This document shows positions 17,446 through 26,285 of a stretch of DNA of 26,285 nucleotides, in pieces. Positions within the stretch are counted from its first letter, which is position 1. The number at the start of each line of letters is the position of its first letter. The DNA is taken from positions 1 through 26,285 of the forward strand of contig JBBIJQ010000025.1 of NCBI GenBank assembly GCA_037445915.1. The letters run 5' to 3'. The translations under genes were made by a program, and so were the position numbers. Source of the stretch: Planctomycetales bacterium (lineage in GTDB: Bacteria > 4484-113). The notes under the pieces are model-generated. The model was not told the origin of the DNA, did no database searches, and worked only from the letters and a program-made list of their open reading frames with translations.

Positions 17446-18411
17446 ATGAAACGCACAACACTGGCATTCCTGGCAATTGCGTTGTTTACGCTTGCCGCGG
17501 CGCTGCCCGCTTCTACGGCCGAGTACCCCCCAGGCGTGATGTTCTCTACAATGCTCAACGGAGTAAAGCTGCTGCCTGAGACCGGCGAGCTCAGCCTGGA
17601 TAATATACAGGCGACATTTCTCCCCAAGAGCGCGCCAATACCCAACCAATTCTACTACTACAGCCCTGACCTAGGCGGCGGCTTGCATGCGATTCTTAAG
17701 AACTCCGCAGGAAACGAAGTTGCCAAGTTTGACTTCTACGTTGAGCTGCTTAAGCAACCCTACTATCTCTTAACCGCCCCCAAGATAACCGGCCCGAACG
17801 AAAGCATCCAGCTCCCCGGCGGCCGCGTGAAGTTGCAGCCTGGCGACTACACATTGGACTTCTTTGTAGAGGGGAAGCAGTTCTACCGCTTCCCGTTTAA
17901 GGTTAGCAAGCTAAGCGCTGCCGACCCATTTTCAGGCGGGGACTACTACTTCCTTGACGGCGACTGGGAAAAGTGGGCTTATATGTTTTATGGCGATGCA
18001 GACCCGGAAAAGGGGCTGCAGCTTAAGGTCTGGCTGCGCAACAAAGAAGCGGCGAATCGGCGCGACTTCAAGCCGAAGATAAAGATAACCGATTCCAGCG
18101 GCAAGCTTATCTGCACTTCCCGCAGCGGCACAACCTTGACTTTGCATCCGCAGTGGACGCGCTACGAGATGGACATTGTTGACCCCAGCGAAGGCGCGAC
18201 CCCCGGCAAGTACTGGAAGGCTAAGGACCTGCTGGCGAAGGACGGCGTATACACGCTGACGCTCACGCTCTCGGACAAAGTCTGGGGAACCTGGAAAATT
18301 AAGGTTTCAGGCGGCAAGTTCGCAGTGTCGGGCCGCGCCTTGCGCGGCAGCGCCGATCCCCTAACCTTCATTGAAGGCGGCCGCGACGCTTTCTGGTTTG
18401 AGAAGCAATAG
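17446..18411 (+). CDS. Secreted hypothetical protein, beta-rich, possibly two similar domains
   Basis: GGAGGG RBS; signal peptide MKRTTLAFLAIALFTLAAALPASTA. Segments PGDYTLDFFVEGK and DGVYTLTLTLSDK resemble each other. Confidence 0.78.
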   Translation: MKRTTLAFLAIALFTLAAALPASTAEYPPGVMFSTMLNGVKLLPETGELSLDNIQATFLPKSAPIPNQFYYYSPDLGGGLHAILKNSAGNEVAKFDFYVELLKQPYYLLTAPKITGPNESIQLPGGRVKLQPGDYTLDFFVEGKQFYRFPFKVSKLSAADPFSGGDYYFLDGDWEKWAYMFYGDADPEKGLQLKVWLRNKEAANRRDFKPKIKITDSSGKLICTSRSGTTLTLHPQWTRYEMDIVDPSEGATPGKYWKAKDLLAKDGVYTLTLTLSDKVWGTWKIKVSGGKFAVSGRALRGSADPLTFIEGGRDAFWFEKQ

Positions 18412-18425
18412 GAGGCTAATAACAG

Positions 18426-19862
18426 GTGGAAAACGGGCGCGGACAGCGCTTCATCACCACCCTGCCGCAAGCGGGCGCGATGAAGCTCGCGCCGCGCATC
18501 TACAACCACCCCCGCCTGCCGCTGGAAGAAGGCGCAGTGCGCCAGCTTCGCGATGCCGCATGCTTGCCAGGCGTGCTGGACGTGTTGGGGATGCCCGACA
18601 TCCACGTCGGCTACGGCGTTCCCATCGGCTGCGTCATCGCCGCGCTGGACATAGCCTGCCCCGCCGCCGTCGGCTACGACGTGAACTGTGGAATGCGCTT
18701 GCTACTCTCGCCGTTGCTCGCGGAGGAAGTTGACGCGTCGAAGGTTGCGGCTGCCATCTCCCAACGCATACCACTCGGCGAGGGCAAAGATAACTACAAG
18801 CTGGAGGGCGCGGTTTTCCGCCGACTCCTCGCGCGGGGAGTGCCGGGGTTAGACGAAACGGAAATCCCGCGCCTACGCGACGACCTTGGCGGCATTGACC
18901 GCCTCGCCTCCGATGTGGACAACATTGAAGATGGCGGCTGCCTCCCCGCTGACCCTGACGCTTGCTCTGACAGTGCGCTGAAGCGCGGCCGCACGCAGCT
19001 CGGGACGCTCGGTGGCGGAAACCACTTCGTTGAGATGCAAACCGTTGACCGCGTGTTTGACGAGACTACCGCAGCCGACTTCGGCATATTTGCCGGCCAG
19101 TTCGCGATAATGCTGCATAGCGGCAGCCGGGGTTTGGGCCACCAAATTGGCGACGATTACATGTCGCTGGGGCGGACGCTTGCAGCCGCTGACAAGCGCG
19201 AGACAGTGAACCGGGAGTTGCCCTATTTCTTCCTCACCGAACGCGAAGCGAAAGACTACATTGGCGCAATGAACGCCGCCGCCAACTTTGCGTTCATCAA
19301 CCGGCACATCATGGCGCTGCTCGTCCGCGAAGCCTTTGAGCACCATTATCCTGGCGCGCGGCTGCGCCTGCTGTGGGACTTGGCGCACAATATCGCGAAG
19401 TTTGAGCTGCACCGGGGCGCCCGCGTGCTGGTGCACCGCAAAGGCGCGGCGCGCGCGTTCGGGCCCGAGCGGATGAAGGGGACGAAGTTTGCCAAGACGG
19501 GGCAGCCGGTGCTCATCCCCGGCAGCATGGGCACGGCGAGCTACGTGATGATAGGCGCGCCGGGCAGCGAGGAAACCTTCGCCTCCATCAACCACGGCGC
19601 CGGGCGCGTGATGAGCCGCGTCGCCGCCAGCGGGCGCTCCCGCCACGGCAAAGACCTGAAGGGCCGCGCCGCCGCCATCACCGATGAGGACTTCCGCCGC
19701 GCCATGCAAGGCGTGCACCTCATCGCCGAGGACATGCGCACGGTGAAGGAAGAATCCCCGCAGGTCTACAAAAACATCGACCTCATCACCGAAGCCGTCG
19801 TCGCCAGCGGCTTAGCCACCACGGTGGCGCGACTACGACCACTCGCAGTATTAAAGGGATGA
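18426..19862 (+). CDS. rtcB: RtcB family RNA ligase
   Basis: Motifs MPDIHVGYG, VGYDVNCG, LGTLGGGNHF, HSGSRG, HNIAK, HRKGA, PGSMG, HGAGR and EESPQVYK. Confidence 0.95.
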   Translation: MENGRGQRFITTLPQAGAMKLAPRIYNHPRLPLEEGAVRQLRDAACLPGVLDVLGMPDIHVGYGVPIGCVIAALDIACPAAVGYDVNCGMRLLLSPLLAEEVDASKVAAAISQRIPLGEGKDNYKLEGAVFRRLLARGVPGLDETEIPRLRDDLGGIDRLASDVDNIEDGGCLPADPDACSDSALKRGRTQLGTLGGGNHFVEMQTVDRVFDETTAADFGIFAGQFAIMLHSGSRGLGHQIGDDYMSLGRTLAAADKRETVNRELPYFFLTEREAKDYIGAMNAAANFAFINRHIMALLVREAFEHHYPGARLRLLWDLAHNIAKFELHRGARVLVHRKGAARAFGPERMKGTKFAKTGQPVLIPGSMGTASYVMIGAPGSEETFASINHGAGRVMSRVAASGRSRHGKDLKGRAAAITDEDFRRAMQGVHLIAEDMRTVKEESPQVYKNIDLITEAVVASGLATTVARLRPLAVLKG

Positions 19863-19928
19863 ACGTATAGCCCCTCATAGGGTACACGGCGCCCATCAGC
19901 GCGGCTGGTCAGCAATCAAGTCGTCAAC

Positions 19929-19959
19929 GAGTACGCCGGGCTTTCCAGCCCGACTCTGG
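19929..19959 (+). repeat. REP-like hairpin element
   Basis: GAGTAC-GCCGGGCT-TTCC-AGCCCGAC-TCTGG. Confidence 0.8.
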
Positions 19960-20035
19960 TGTATTTCGGTGTAGCAAGCGACTCGCCTGTTCCGCCTTAC
20001 ATCCTGGAGCTAACCCTAATCCAAAACCCCTCTTC

Positions 20036-22126
20036 TTATGCCGCTGGCGAGCTGATGACCACCAGCCGCTCCCCCGCGGTGCCAAGCTCGCTCGCCAGCA
20101 CGTCCGCGAAGCTTTCGGCGTTTGGAAGCGTGCTAAGGTCGTGCACCGAAGCCGCGCCGACGACCCAAAGCTGCGGCGGCACCTCGCCTGCATCGCGGAA
20201 CTCGCGCCGGTCGCGGTGAACCGTCGTGACCACCGGCAGTAGTGCGTCCGCATCCTGCGCGATTTCAAACGCTGCGCCGGGTCTGATAAGACGTGCCTTG
20301 CCCGTGCGGTCTAGCACGGCGACATACCTCCGCCGTTTCCTCTCCGCCGCAAATGCCACAAATCCCGCAGAGGCAAATATTTCCTTCGCGCTTTCCGCGC
20401 CAGTCAGCTCGCATGCCCGCTTCGCCAACTCGTCCGCTCCAAGCAGCGCCGCCTGCTCCTCATACGGCCGCCGCGCAGTCGCGGTAAGGCGAAGGATGCC
20501 TGCAGTCGCGTCAAACGAATACTCGTAATGCGCCGCCGATGGATCCATCCCGGCGCACACTAAATCCGCCACCGCCAGCTCCCGCGCCTTGCGCACGTCC
20601 TCCGGCCCGCCGTCGTTGCTGGTGAGCCGCACCTGCACCGTCCCCGCCGCGATCGCCGCGCCGACAGCGCTGATGTAGGGATAATGCGCGACGACGTCGT
20701 AGGGCAGCTTCGCGCTTTCGCTGATGAACGGCAGCGCGCTGTTCACGCCGCCGCCGCCGCCGACCAGCCGCACCAGCCCGCGCTCAACCTTGAACGCGCG
20801 CGCGTATTCGGCGATGATAGGGGCAGTCATGCGCTTAATCTGCGCGCCGATTTGCTCCGCCATTTTCGCCAGCGGGATGTTCATAAACTTAGTGATCTCG
20901 CCAAACGCATTCTGTAGCTTTTCCGCCAGACAGAATGCAGCATCGTCCTGCGGTATCTTCCCCAACACGTTTGCCAGGTCGGTCAGCGTGAAGCCATAAT
21001 CGGTTCCCTGCGATGTCCACACAAGATGCGCCATCTTTCGCCCTTCAGCCGCATGAAACTCCAAGCCACCGTGCTCCAAGTGGTGCTTAGGCGCAAATGA
21101 CAAATAGCCCAGCCCGGCGATGTGCGCCGAGCGCGCGCTGAGCGAGAGCTTCCCCGCCTTGTCCAGCGCCAGCAGCGAGCCTCCGCCAAGGGCGATGGTG
21201 CGCAAATCAAGCGTCTCCGCCTGCAGCCTGTGCCCGCCTACGCTGGCTGGGCGGAAGCGGATGCGCCCGTTATGTATGAATGAAATGTCGGTGGAAGTCC
21301 CGCCGACTTCAAAGAACACACCGAATGTGACTCCCGCAAAGTGCAGCGCCGCCGCCGCCCCTGCCGCCGGCCCTGAGAGCAGGCATGTTAGCGGCCGCTG
21401 GAATGCCATCTCGGCGGGCAGCACTCCCCCGTCGCTTTTGAGCACCATCAGCGGCTGCGTGAGCCCGCGCCTCTTTAGCGCCTCCTGCGTATGCGTCAGC
21501 GTGCTTAGCATCGTCGGCAGCATCGCGCAGTTCACGATGCCCGTCTTCACGCGCGCCTTCACGCCAAGCAGCCGCGAGATGTCCGTCGCCTTTTGCAGCA
21601 GCGGCACGGCGTCAGGCGCAGTCTTCGCCATCACTTCTGCCCACCGCTCATACACCGCATTTTCCGTCGCGCCTTCGGACTGCACCAGCGTTTCCGCAAT
21701 CAAGCGCGGCACTGCTTTACCTTGCGGCGCGGGCGCATCATCGCCCTCGTGCAATTCAATGGTGACCGGTATGCGCGACGACTGCGAAAGTTCCAATTCC
21801 TTGAACGAAAGCTGCCGCCGCAAGAGGATACCCTCGCCGCGCTCGTGGAAGACGTGCACCTGCACCGGTGTGAGGTCGCCTTCCAGCAGCGCGTTGGTCG
21901 CCTGCGTCGTGGAGTGGTTGACAGCGAGCACTTCCTCGGGGGCGATGCCCTGCAACAACTCGTCAAGGCATTGCAGCACGCCCGCCGCCACGCCAAGCTT
22001 GTCGCGGTGCGTCGTTGGCACTTTCACCGCGCGCAGCACGCCGCCGTCCGCAGCGATTGACACGCCGTGCGTAAACGTCCCGCCGACGTCTATTCCAATG
22101 CGCAGTTTTACGTCCCCTGTAGGCAT
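20036..22126 (-). CDS. Hydantoinase/oxoprolinase A-like protein (actin-like ATPase fold)
   Basis: Motifs IGIDVGGTFTH, HSTTQATNALLEG, KSDGG, SGPAAG, EVGGTSTD, GGGS and SAVGAA. ATG 22126 lies 7 nt after GATAAT. Confidence 0.88.
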   Translation of the reverse strand: MPTGDVKLRIGIDVGGTFTHGVSIAADGGVLRAVKVPTTHRDKLGVAAGVLQCLDELLQGIAPEEVLAVNHSTTQATNALLEGDLTPVQVHVFHERGEGILLRRQLSFKELELSQSSRIPVTIELHEGDDAPAPQGKAVPRLIAETLVQSEGATENAVYERWAEVMAKTAPDAVPLLQKATDISRLLGVKARVKTGIVNCAMLPTMLSTLTHTQEALKRRGLTQPLMVLKSDGGVLPAEMAFQRPLTCLLSGPAAGAAAALHFAGVTFGVFFEVGGTSTDISFIHNGRIRFRPASVGGHRLQAETLDLRTIALGGGSLLALDKAGKLSLSARSAHIAGLGYLSFAPKHHLEHGGLEFHAAEGRKMAHLVWTSQGTDYGFTLTDLANVLGKIPQDDAAFCLAEKLQNAFGEITKFMNIPLAKMAEQIGAQIKRMTAPIIAEYARAFKVERGLVRLVGGGGGVNSALPFISESAKLPYDVVAHYPYISAVGAAIAAGTVQVRLTSNDGGPEDVRKARELAVADLVCAGMDPSAAHYEYSFDATAGILRLTATARRPYEEQAALLGADELAKRACELTGAESAKEIFASAGFVAFAAERKRRRYVAVLDRTGKARLIRPGAAFEIAQDADALLPVVTTVHRDRREFRDAGEVPPQLWVVGAASVHDLSTLPNAESFADVLASELGTAGERLVVISSPAA

Positions 22127-22133
22127 CAACTCT

Positions 22134-22162
22134 ATTATCGCCGAAGCCCGCTAATGAGACAA
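22134..22162 (-). promoter_or_regulatory. Promoter TTGTCT-N17-GATAAT, leaderless-type
   Basis: -35 at 22162-22157; -10 at 22139-22134; ATG 7 nt downstream. Confidence 0.55.
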
Positions 22163-22173
22163 TGATTAACAAC

Positions 22174-22200
22174 GAGTACGCCGGGCTAAGTAGCCCGACT
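22174..22200 (+). repeat. REP-like hairpin element
   Basis: GAGTAC-GCCGGGCT-AAGT-AGCCCGAC-T; shares CAACGAGTACGCCGGGCT with the 19929 copy. Confidence 0.8.
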
Positions 22201-22298
22201 TTCCCTTCTGGTGCCGAATCCCGGGTCCCGAACCCCGCCTCAGCTTGCCCATCTGAAACCCGTTCTACCCTCTACGTTCCACCTCCTACCCCCATTCC

Positions 22299-22307
22299 TG
22301 CTATCAT
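22299..22307 (+). promoter_or_regulatory. Extended -10 TGcTATCAT of the atp operon, leaderless-type
   Basis: 6 nt before ATG 22314, with no Shine-Dalgarno sequence. Confidence 0.55.
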
Positions 22308-22313
22308 TCCCCC

Positions 22314-22724
22314 ATGCGCCTGAACGCAGACACCTTCCTGAGCCTTACAGTGCCGCGAGTCATTACCGCGACGGCGTGGTTCAGCGCGCTCATGGCGATG
22401 CTGGCATGGGCGCACCTGGGGGGCTGGTGGGCGTTATCCTACGTCATCGGCAGCGCATGGATGATGGCGAATTTCGCCCTCCTGGCGGCGGTTATTATCC
22501 TCATTACTTCGCGGCCGCGCCCCAACAAGCCTTTCCTCTTTACGATTATCTATGCTAAAATCGCCGTAGTCTCAGTAGTCCTCTACTGGGTATTCCAGAT
22601 ACCGAACCTGCGCCACCTGGGTCTCGCGATGGGAATCACGACGCTCTTGGTGGTGATTTTATTGAAGGCAGTTGGGGCCGCGTTGTTCCCGCTCCGCCAT
22701 CGGCCAACGGAACCTGAAGAATGA
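22314..22724 (+). CDS. atpI: ATP synthase accessory protein I-like (4 TM helices)
   Basis: Small hydrophobic ORF overlapping the atpB start (ATGA); call rests on position and topology. Confidence 0.7.
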   Translation: MRLNADTFLSLTVPRVITATAWFSALMAMLAWAHLGGWWALSYVIGSAWMMANFALLAAVIILITSRPRPNKPFLFTIIYAKIAVVSVVLYWVFQIPNLRHLGLAMGITTLLVVILLKAVGAALFPLRHRPTEPEE

Positions 22725-23671
22725 AACAAGCCGTTAGACTTTGGATGCTGGCGGCGGCGCTGCTTGTGTTTACGCTAATATGCGCCGCCATCGCTTCAAC
22801 ACAAAGTCATAGCGCGCCAACACAGCCCTCAATCCAGCTTGTAGCTGGGGGACATGGCGGAGAAGCCGCAGGCAGCGCGGGGGGCGAGGCTGAGAAGGGA
22901 AGCCATTACGAGCTTCCCAACTTCATGCTCTGGATTCATATCCTTAACCACGACCGCATAGAGAACTGGCTGGCGGGAGTGAATGAAGGGCTTCCCCCCC
23001 TCCTGCAAATCACCTGGCTAAACATAGAGAACTTCGTCTATTACAGCATCGTCGTCATATTCCTCTGCACCTTGGTTATCATCGGCTCGCGCAGGCGCGC
23101 CCTTCGCCCCAAAGACAAGCTCTACTTATTCCTTGAAGTTGTAGCGATTTCGCTTTATGAGTTTTTCCACCAGGTTCTTGGCCGGGACACACGCAAATAC
23201 ATCGCGCTCATCGGAACTTTGTTTGTATATATCCTGTGTTTGAACCTGTTCGGGCTGATTCCGCTAATGAAGTCGCCTAGCAGCGTCTGGGGCGTAAATG
23301 TCGCTATGGCGCTGTGCGTGTTTTTCTATGTGCAATTCACCGCGATAGTGCGTAATGGAGTGCTGGGCTACTTCAAGCACCTCTGCGGCGAGCCGTTGTG
23401 GCTTGCGCCGCTGATGTTCCCGCTGCATCTAATCGGAGAGCTAATCAAGCCGGTTTCGCTTTCCCTGCGGCTTTTTGGCAATATACTTGGCGAAGACACG
23501 CTGCTGGCGGTGTTCGCAGGCTTGCTGACGCTTGCGTTCATCAACGCCCCGCTCCACCTGCCATTTGTGTTTATGGCGGTCTTGTTCAGCACCATTCAAG
23601 CGCTGATTTTCTCTATGCTTACGGCTATTTACATCTCCCTGATGCTCCCGCACGAGGAGCACAGGCACTAA
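22721..23671 (+). CDS. atpB: F0 ATP synthase subunit a
   Basis: Motifs NLFGLIP, KPVSLSLRLFGNI and IQALIFSMLTAIY. Confidence 0.95.
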   Translation: MKQAVRLWMLAAALLVFTLICAAIASTQSHSAPTQPSIQLVAGGHGGEAAGSAGGEAEKGSHYELPNFMLWIHILNHDRIENWLAGVNEGLPPLLQITWLNIENFVYYSIVVIFLCTLVIIGSRRRALRPKDKLYLFLEVVAISLYEFFHQVLGRDTRKYIALIGTLFVYILCLNLFGLIPLMKSPSSVWGVNVAMALCVFFYVQFTAIVRNGVLGYFKHLCGEPLWLAPLMFPLHLIGELIKPVSLSLRLFGNILGEDTLLAVFAGLLTLAFINAPLHLPFVFMAVLFSTIQALIFSMLTAIYISLMLPHEEHRH

Positions 23672-23701
23672 TACTCTTGGAACGGTTTTTCGGAGGATGA
23701 T

Positions 23702-23935
23702 ATGGAATATCAGGCGGCATTGGGATTGTCCCTTCCCCTCGGCCTGGGTATCGCGGCCATGGGTTGCGGCGTCGGCATCGGCCTCGCCGTCCAGGGCGCG
23801 ATGAACGCGATGGCGCGCCAGCCCGAACTTTTTGGCAGGCTCCAGGTCGCAATGATTATCGGCGCTGCATTCATTGAAGCGCTGACAATCTACGCGCTGG
23901 TCATCGCCTTTGTGCTGTCCGGCAAAATTGTCTAG
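23702..23935 (+). CDS. atpE: F0 ATP synthase subunit c, H+-type signature
   Basis: GxGxGxG, ARQPE and the ion-binding [16 protein letters not shown]. Confidence 0.96.
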   Translation: MEYQAALGLSLPLGLGIAAMGCGVGIGLAVQGAMNAMARQPELFGRLQVAMIIGAAFIEALTIYALVIAFVLSGKIV

Positions 23936-23960
23936 GCAGTATCCTGCCTGGAGGCGTTAG

Positions 23961-24449
23961 GTGGAAGGCATTTTCGCGATTTTGAAGATTCCCGACCTGC
24001 TTGGGCACATCGTCGCGTTCTTAATTCTCTTTTGGGTGCTGAAACGCTTCCTCTGGGGCTTCATTCTCGGCACGGTGGACCAGCGCAGCGAGAGCATTGA
24101 ACTCGCTTACACCGAAGTTGAGAAGAAGCAGGCCGAGGCTGAGCAGATGAACCTCAAGCTCAAGGAGCGCCTTGCCGTAATTGAAGAGGAACGCAGGCAG
24201 GTGCTTGAAGAGGCGGCGAAGCAGGGCAAGAACCTGGCGGAGGAAATCCGCCACGCTGCGGAAACGCAGCGCGAGCGCCTGCTTGAAAAGGCGTATGCGG
24301 ACATCACGATGGAGCGCGACAAGCTTAAAGTTGAGATGAACAACTACGCTGCCGACCTGTCGGTGAACATCGCAGGGAAACTGCTTAAGAAACAACTTGA
24401 CCGCGAGGAACAACTGAGGCTGGCCCGGGAGATGATGGCCGACCTTTAG
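23961..24449 (+). CDS. atpF: F0 ATP synthase subunit b
   Basis: N-terminal TM helix (FLILFWVLKRFLW), coiled coil, operon position, GGAGG RBS. Confidence 0.92.
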   Translation: MEGIFAILKIPDLLGHIVAFLILFWVLKRFLWGFILGTVDQRSESIELAYTEVEKKQAEAEQMNLKLKERLAVIEEERRQVLEEAAKQGKNLAEEIRHAAETQRERLLEKAYADITMERDKLKVEMNNYAADLSVNIAGKLLKKQLDREEQLRLAREMMADL

Positions 24450-24457
24450 GGGCTGAC

Positions 24458-25009
24458 ATGTACGAAAGCCGAGTAGCCAAACGGTACGCGACCGCGCTGT
24501 TCAACCTGGCGTTGAAGCAGCAGGTGGTTGAAGAGCTGGACAGCCAGCTAAATAACCTCGCGGACGTTTTCCGCGGCAGCAGGCTGCTGGCGTTCCTCAA
24601 ACAGCCGCAGATTTCGCTTGAGCAGAAAGAACATGCGCTGATGAGCGCGTTTGGCGCTAAGTCGCACCCTCTCGTGCAAAACTTGCTGCGGCTGATGTTG
24701 CGCAAGCACCGCATCGCGCATTTCGGCGCGGTCGCCGAATATTACGACTTGCTTACCGACCAGTACCGTGGCGTTGAAGAAATCACCGTCATAACAGCGG
24801 TGGAACTGGAGGAGCGCGATTACGAGACGATGCTTGAGAAGGTAATGAAGTTCTCGGATTACCCGAAGCCTCGGCTCATCAAGCGCGTTGACCCGGAGAT
24901 TGTTGGCGGCTATATCGTCCAGCTTGGGCGCGACAAGGTGATTGACCTGTCGCTGCGCACGACCCTGGATATGCTGCACCGGCGGATGGTAAAACACCGC
25001 CTATTCTGA
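24458..25009 (+). CDS. atpH: F1 ATP synthase subunit delta
   Basis: Motifs [18 protein letters not shown] and IDLS. Confidence 0.94.
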   Translation: MYESRVAKRYATALFNLALKQQVVEELDSQLNNLADVFRGSRLLAFLKQPQISLEQKEHALMSAFGAKSHPLVQNLLRLMLRKHRIAHFGAVAEYYDLLTDQYRGVEEITVITAVELEERDYETMLEKVMKFSDYPKPRLIKRVDPEIVGGYIVQLGRDKVIDLSLRTTLDMLHRRMVKHRLF

Positions 25010-25025
25010 TTGCTGGTGGATGGCT

Positions 25026-26285
25026 ATGGACCAAATTAGGCCTGAAGAAATAACGAGCATCCTTGAACAGGAAATCTCCTCGTTTGAGCACGAGATGAAG
25101 ATGGAAGACCGAGGCGTCGTGCTGCAAGTCGGCGACGGCATCGCGCGCGTCTTCGGCCTGGAGAACTGCATCTACAACGAGATGCTTGAATTCCCCAACG
25201 GCGTCATGGGAATGGCGCTGAACCTGGAAGAGGAAAGCGTAGGCGTTGTGCTGCTCGGCGACACAACCCTGGTCAAGGAAGGCGACGCGGTGAAGCGCAC
25301 CGGCCGCGTGCTGGAAGTGCCGGTGGGCGAAGCCATAGTCGGCCGCGTCATCACTCCGCTTGGCCAGCCGCTTGACGACCTCGGCCCCATTATCACGACC
25401 GAGACGCGCCCCATTGAGAAGAAGGCAGACGGCGTTATCGCGCGCCAGCCGGTGAAGGAGCCGCTGCAGACAGGCATCAAGGCGATTGACTCAATGATTC
25501 CCATCGGGCGCGGACAGCGCGAACTCATCATCGGCGACCGCAGCACCGGCAAAACTGCCATCCTCGTTGACACCATCATCAACCAAAAAGAGACGCACGA
25601 AACCGACAAGCCCGTGTTCTGCATCTACGTGGCTATTGGCCAGAAAGAATCCACCGTAGCGCGCATCTACGACGTGTTGAAGAAGCACGGCGCGATGGAA
25701 TACACGACCATCGTCGTCGCCGCGGCGAGCGACCCCGCCCCGCTGCAATACATCGCACCCTACGCGGGCTGCGCGATGGCAGAGTATTTCCTGTATAAAG
25801 GCGGGCATACGCTAGTGTGCTACGACGACTTGTCCAAGCACGCCGTCGCCTACCGCACGCTATCGCTCTTGCTTCGCCGCCCTCCCGGCCGCGAGGCATT
25901 CCCCGGCGACGTGTTCTATTTGCACTCGCGCCTTTTGGAGCGCGCCATTAAGCTCTCCGACGACAAGGGCGGCGGAAGCCTCACGGCGCTGCCCGTTATT
26001 GAGACACAGGCAGGCGACGTGTCCGCTTACATTCCGACGAACGTCATCTCCATCACCGACGGCCAGATATACTTGGAGCCTGATTTGTTCTACCAGGGCA
26101 TCCGCCCCGCCGTGAACGTCGGCATCTCCGTTTCGCGCGTCGGCGGCAATGCGCAAACTAAGGCGATGAAGAAGGTTGCTGGCATGCTGCGCCTTGACCT
26201 TGCGCAGTACCGCGAGCTTGCCGCGTTTGCATCTTTCGGCAGCGATCTGGACAAGGCAACGCAGGCGCAGTTAACGCGTGGCGAG
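25026..26285 (+). CDS. atpA: F1 ATP synthase subunit alpha (partial, runs off the right edge)
   Basis: Manual translation [21 protein letters not shown]; Walker [44 protein letters not shown]. Confidence 0.97.
   Translation, partial: MDQIRPEEITSILEQEISSFEHEMKMEDRGVVLQVGDGIARVFGLENCIYNEMLEFPNGVMGMALNLEEESVGVVLLGDTTLVKEGDAVKRTGRVLEVPVGEAIVGRVITPLGQPLDDLGPIITTETRPIEKKADGVIARQPVKEPLQTGIKAIDSMIPIGRGQRELIIGDRSTGKTAILVDTIINQKETHETDKPVFCIYVAIGQKESTVARIYDVLKKHGAMEYTTIVVAAASDPAPLQYIAPYAGCAMAEYFLYKGGHTLVCYDDLSKHAVAYRTLSLLLRRPPGREAFPGDVFYLHSRLLERAIKLSDDKGGGSLTALPVIETQAGDVSAYIPTNVISITDGQIYLEPDLFYQGIRPAVNVGISVSRVGGNAQTKAMKKVAGMLRLDLAQYRELAAFASFGSDLDKATQAQLTRGE

Noticed and set aside
9497-22200. CRISPR array made of the ~31-bp palindromic repeats
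   Set aside because: Copies are kilobases apart, have variable loops, show no spacer periodicity, and there are no cas genes.
23702-23935. Na+-translocating ATP synthase
   Set aside because: Subunit c has E-A-L rather than E-S/T and lacks the helix-1 Gln, which fits an H+-type enzyme.

Overview
Bacterial chromosomal window, moderately GC-rich, with sigma70-type promoters; taxonomy cannot be fixed from the sequence. In order: a partial secreted PDZ/GNDxY-repeat protein, membrane and secreted hypotheticals, isochorismatase, a VOC protein, a stand-alone 5S rRNA gene, rdgB, an MFS transporter, pmbA, a DUF92 protein, a small degenerate HNH-like protein, etfBA, a DnaE2-type polymerase, a dockerin-like/beta-propeller lipoprotein gene broken by two in-frame TAA codons, rtcB, a hydantoinase-A-like gene and the start of an H+-type F-ATP synthase operon (atpI-B-E-F-H-A). 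The most notable signals are non-coding. (1) The orphan 5S rRNA has a perfect promoter whose predicted start matches the 5' end, and a T7 tract directly at the 3' end. (2) A 20-bp palindrome covers the dnaE2 promoter and is a candidate unrecognised SOS box. (3) A REP-like hairpin family (GAGTAC-stem-CTCTGG) recurs in intergenic regions. (4) A 135-bp element has perfect 17-bp terminal inverted repeats. (5) Several genes have leaderless architecture. (6) TCGA and GATC look strongly depleted. All calls were made by eye, with no database searches or folding computations.
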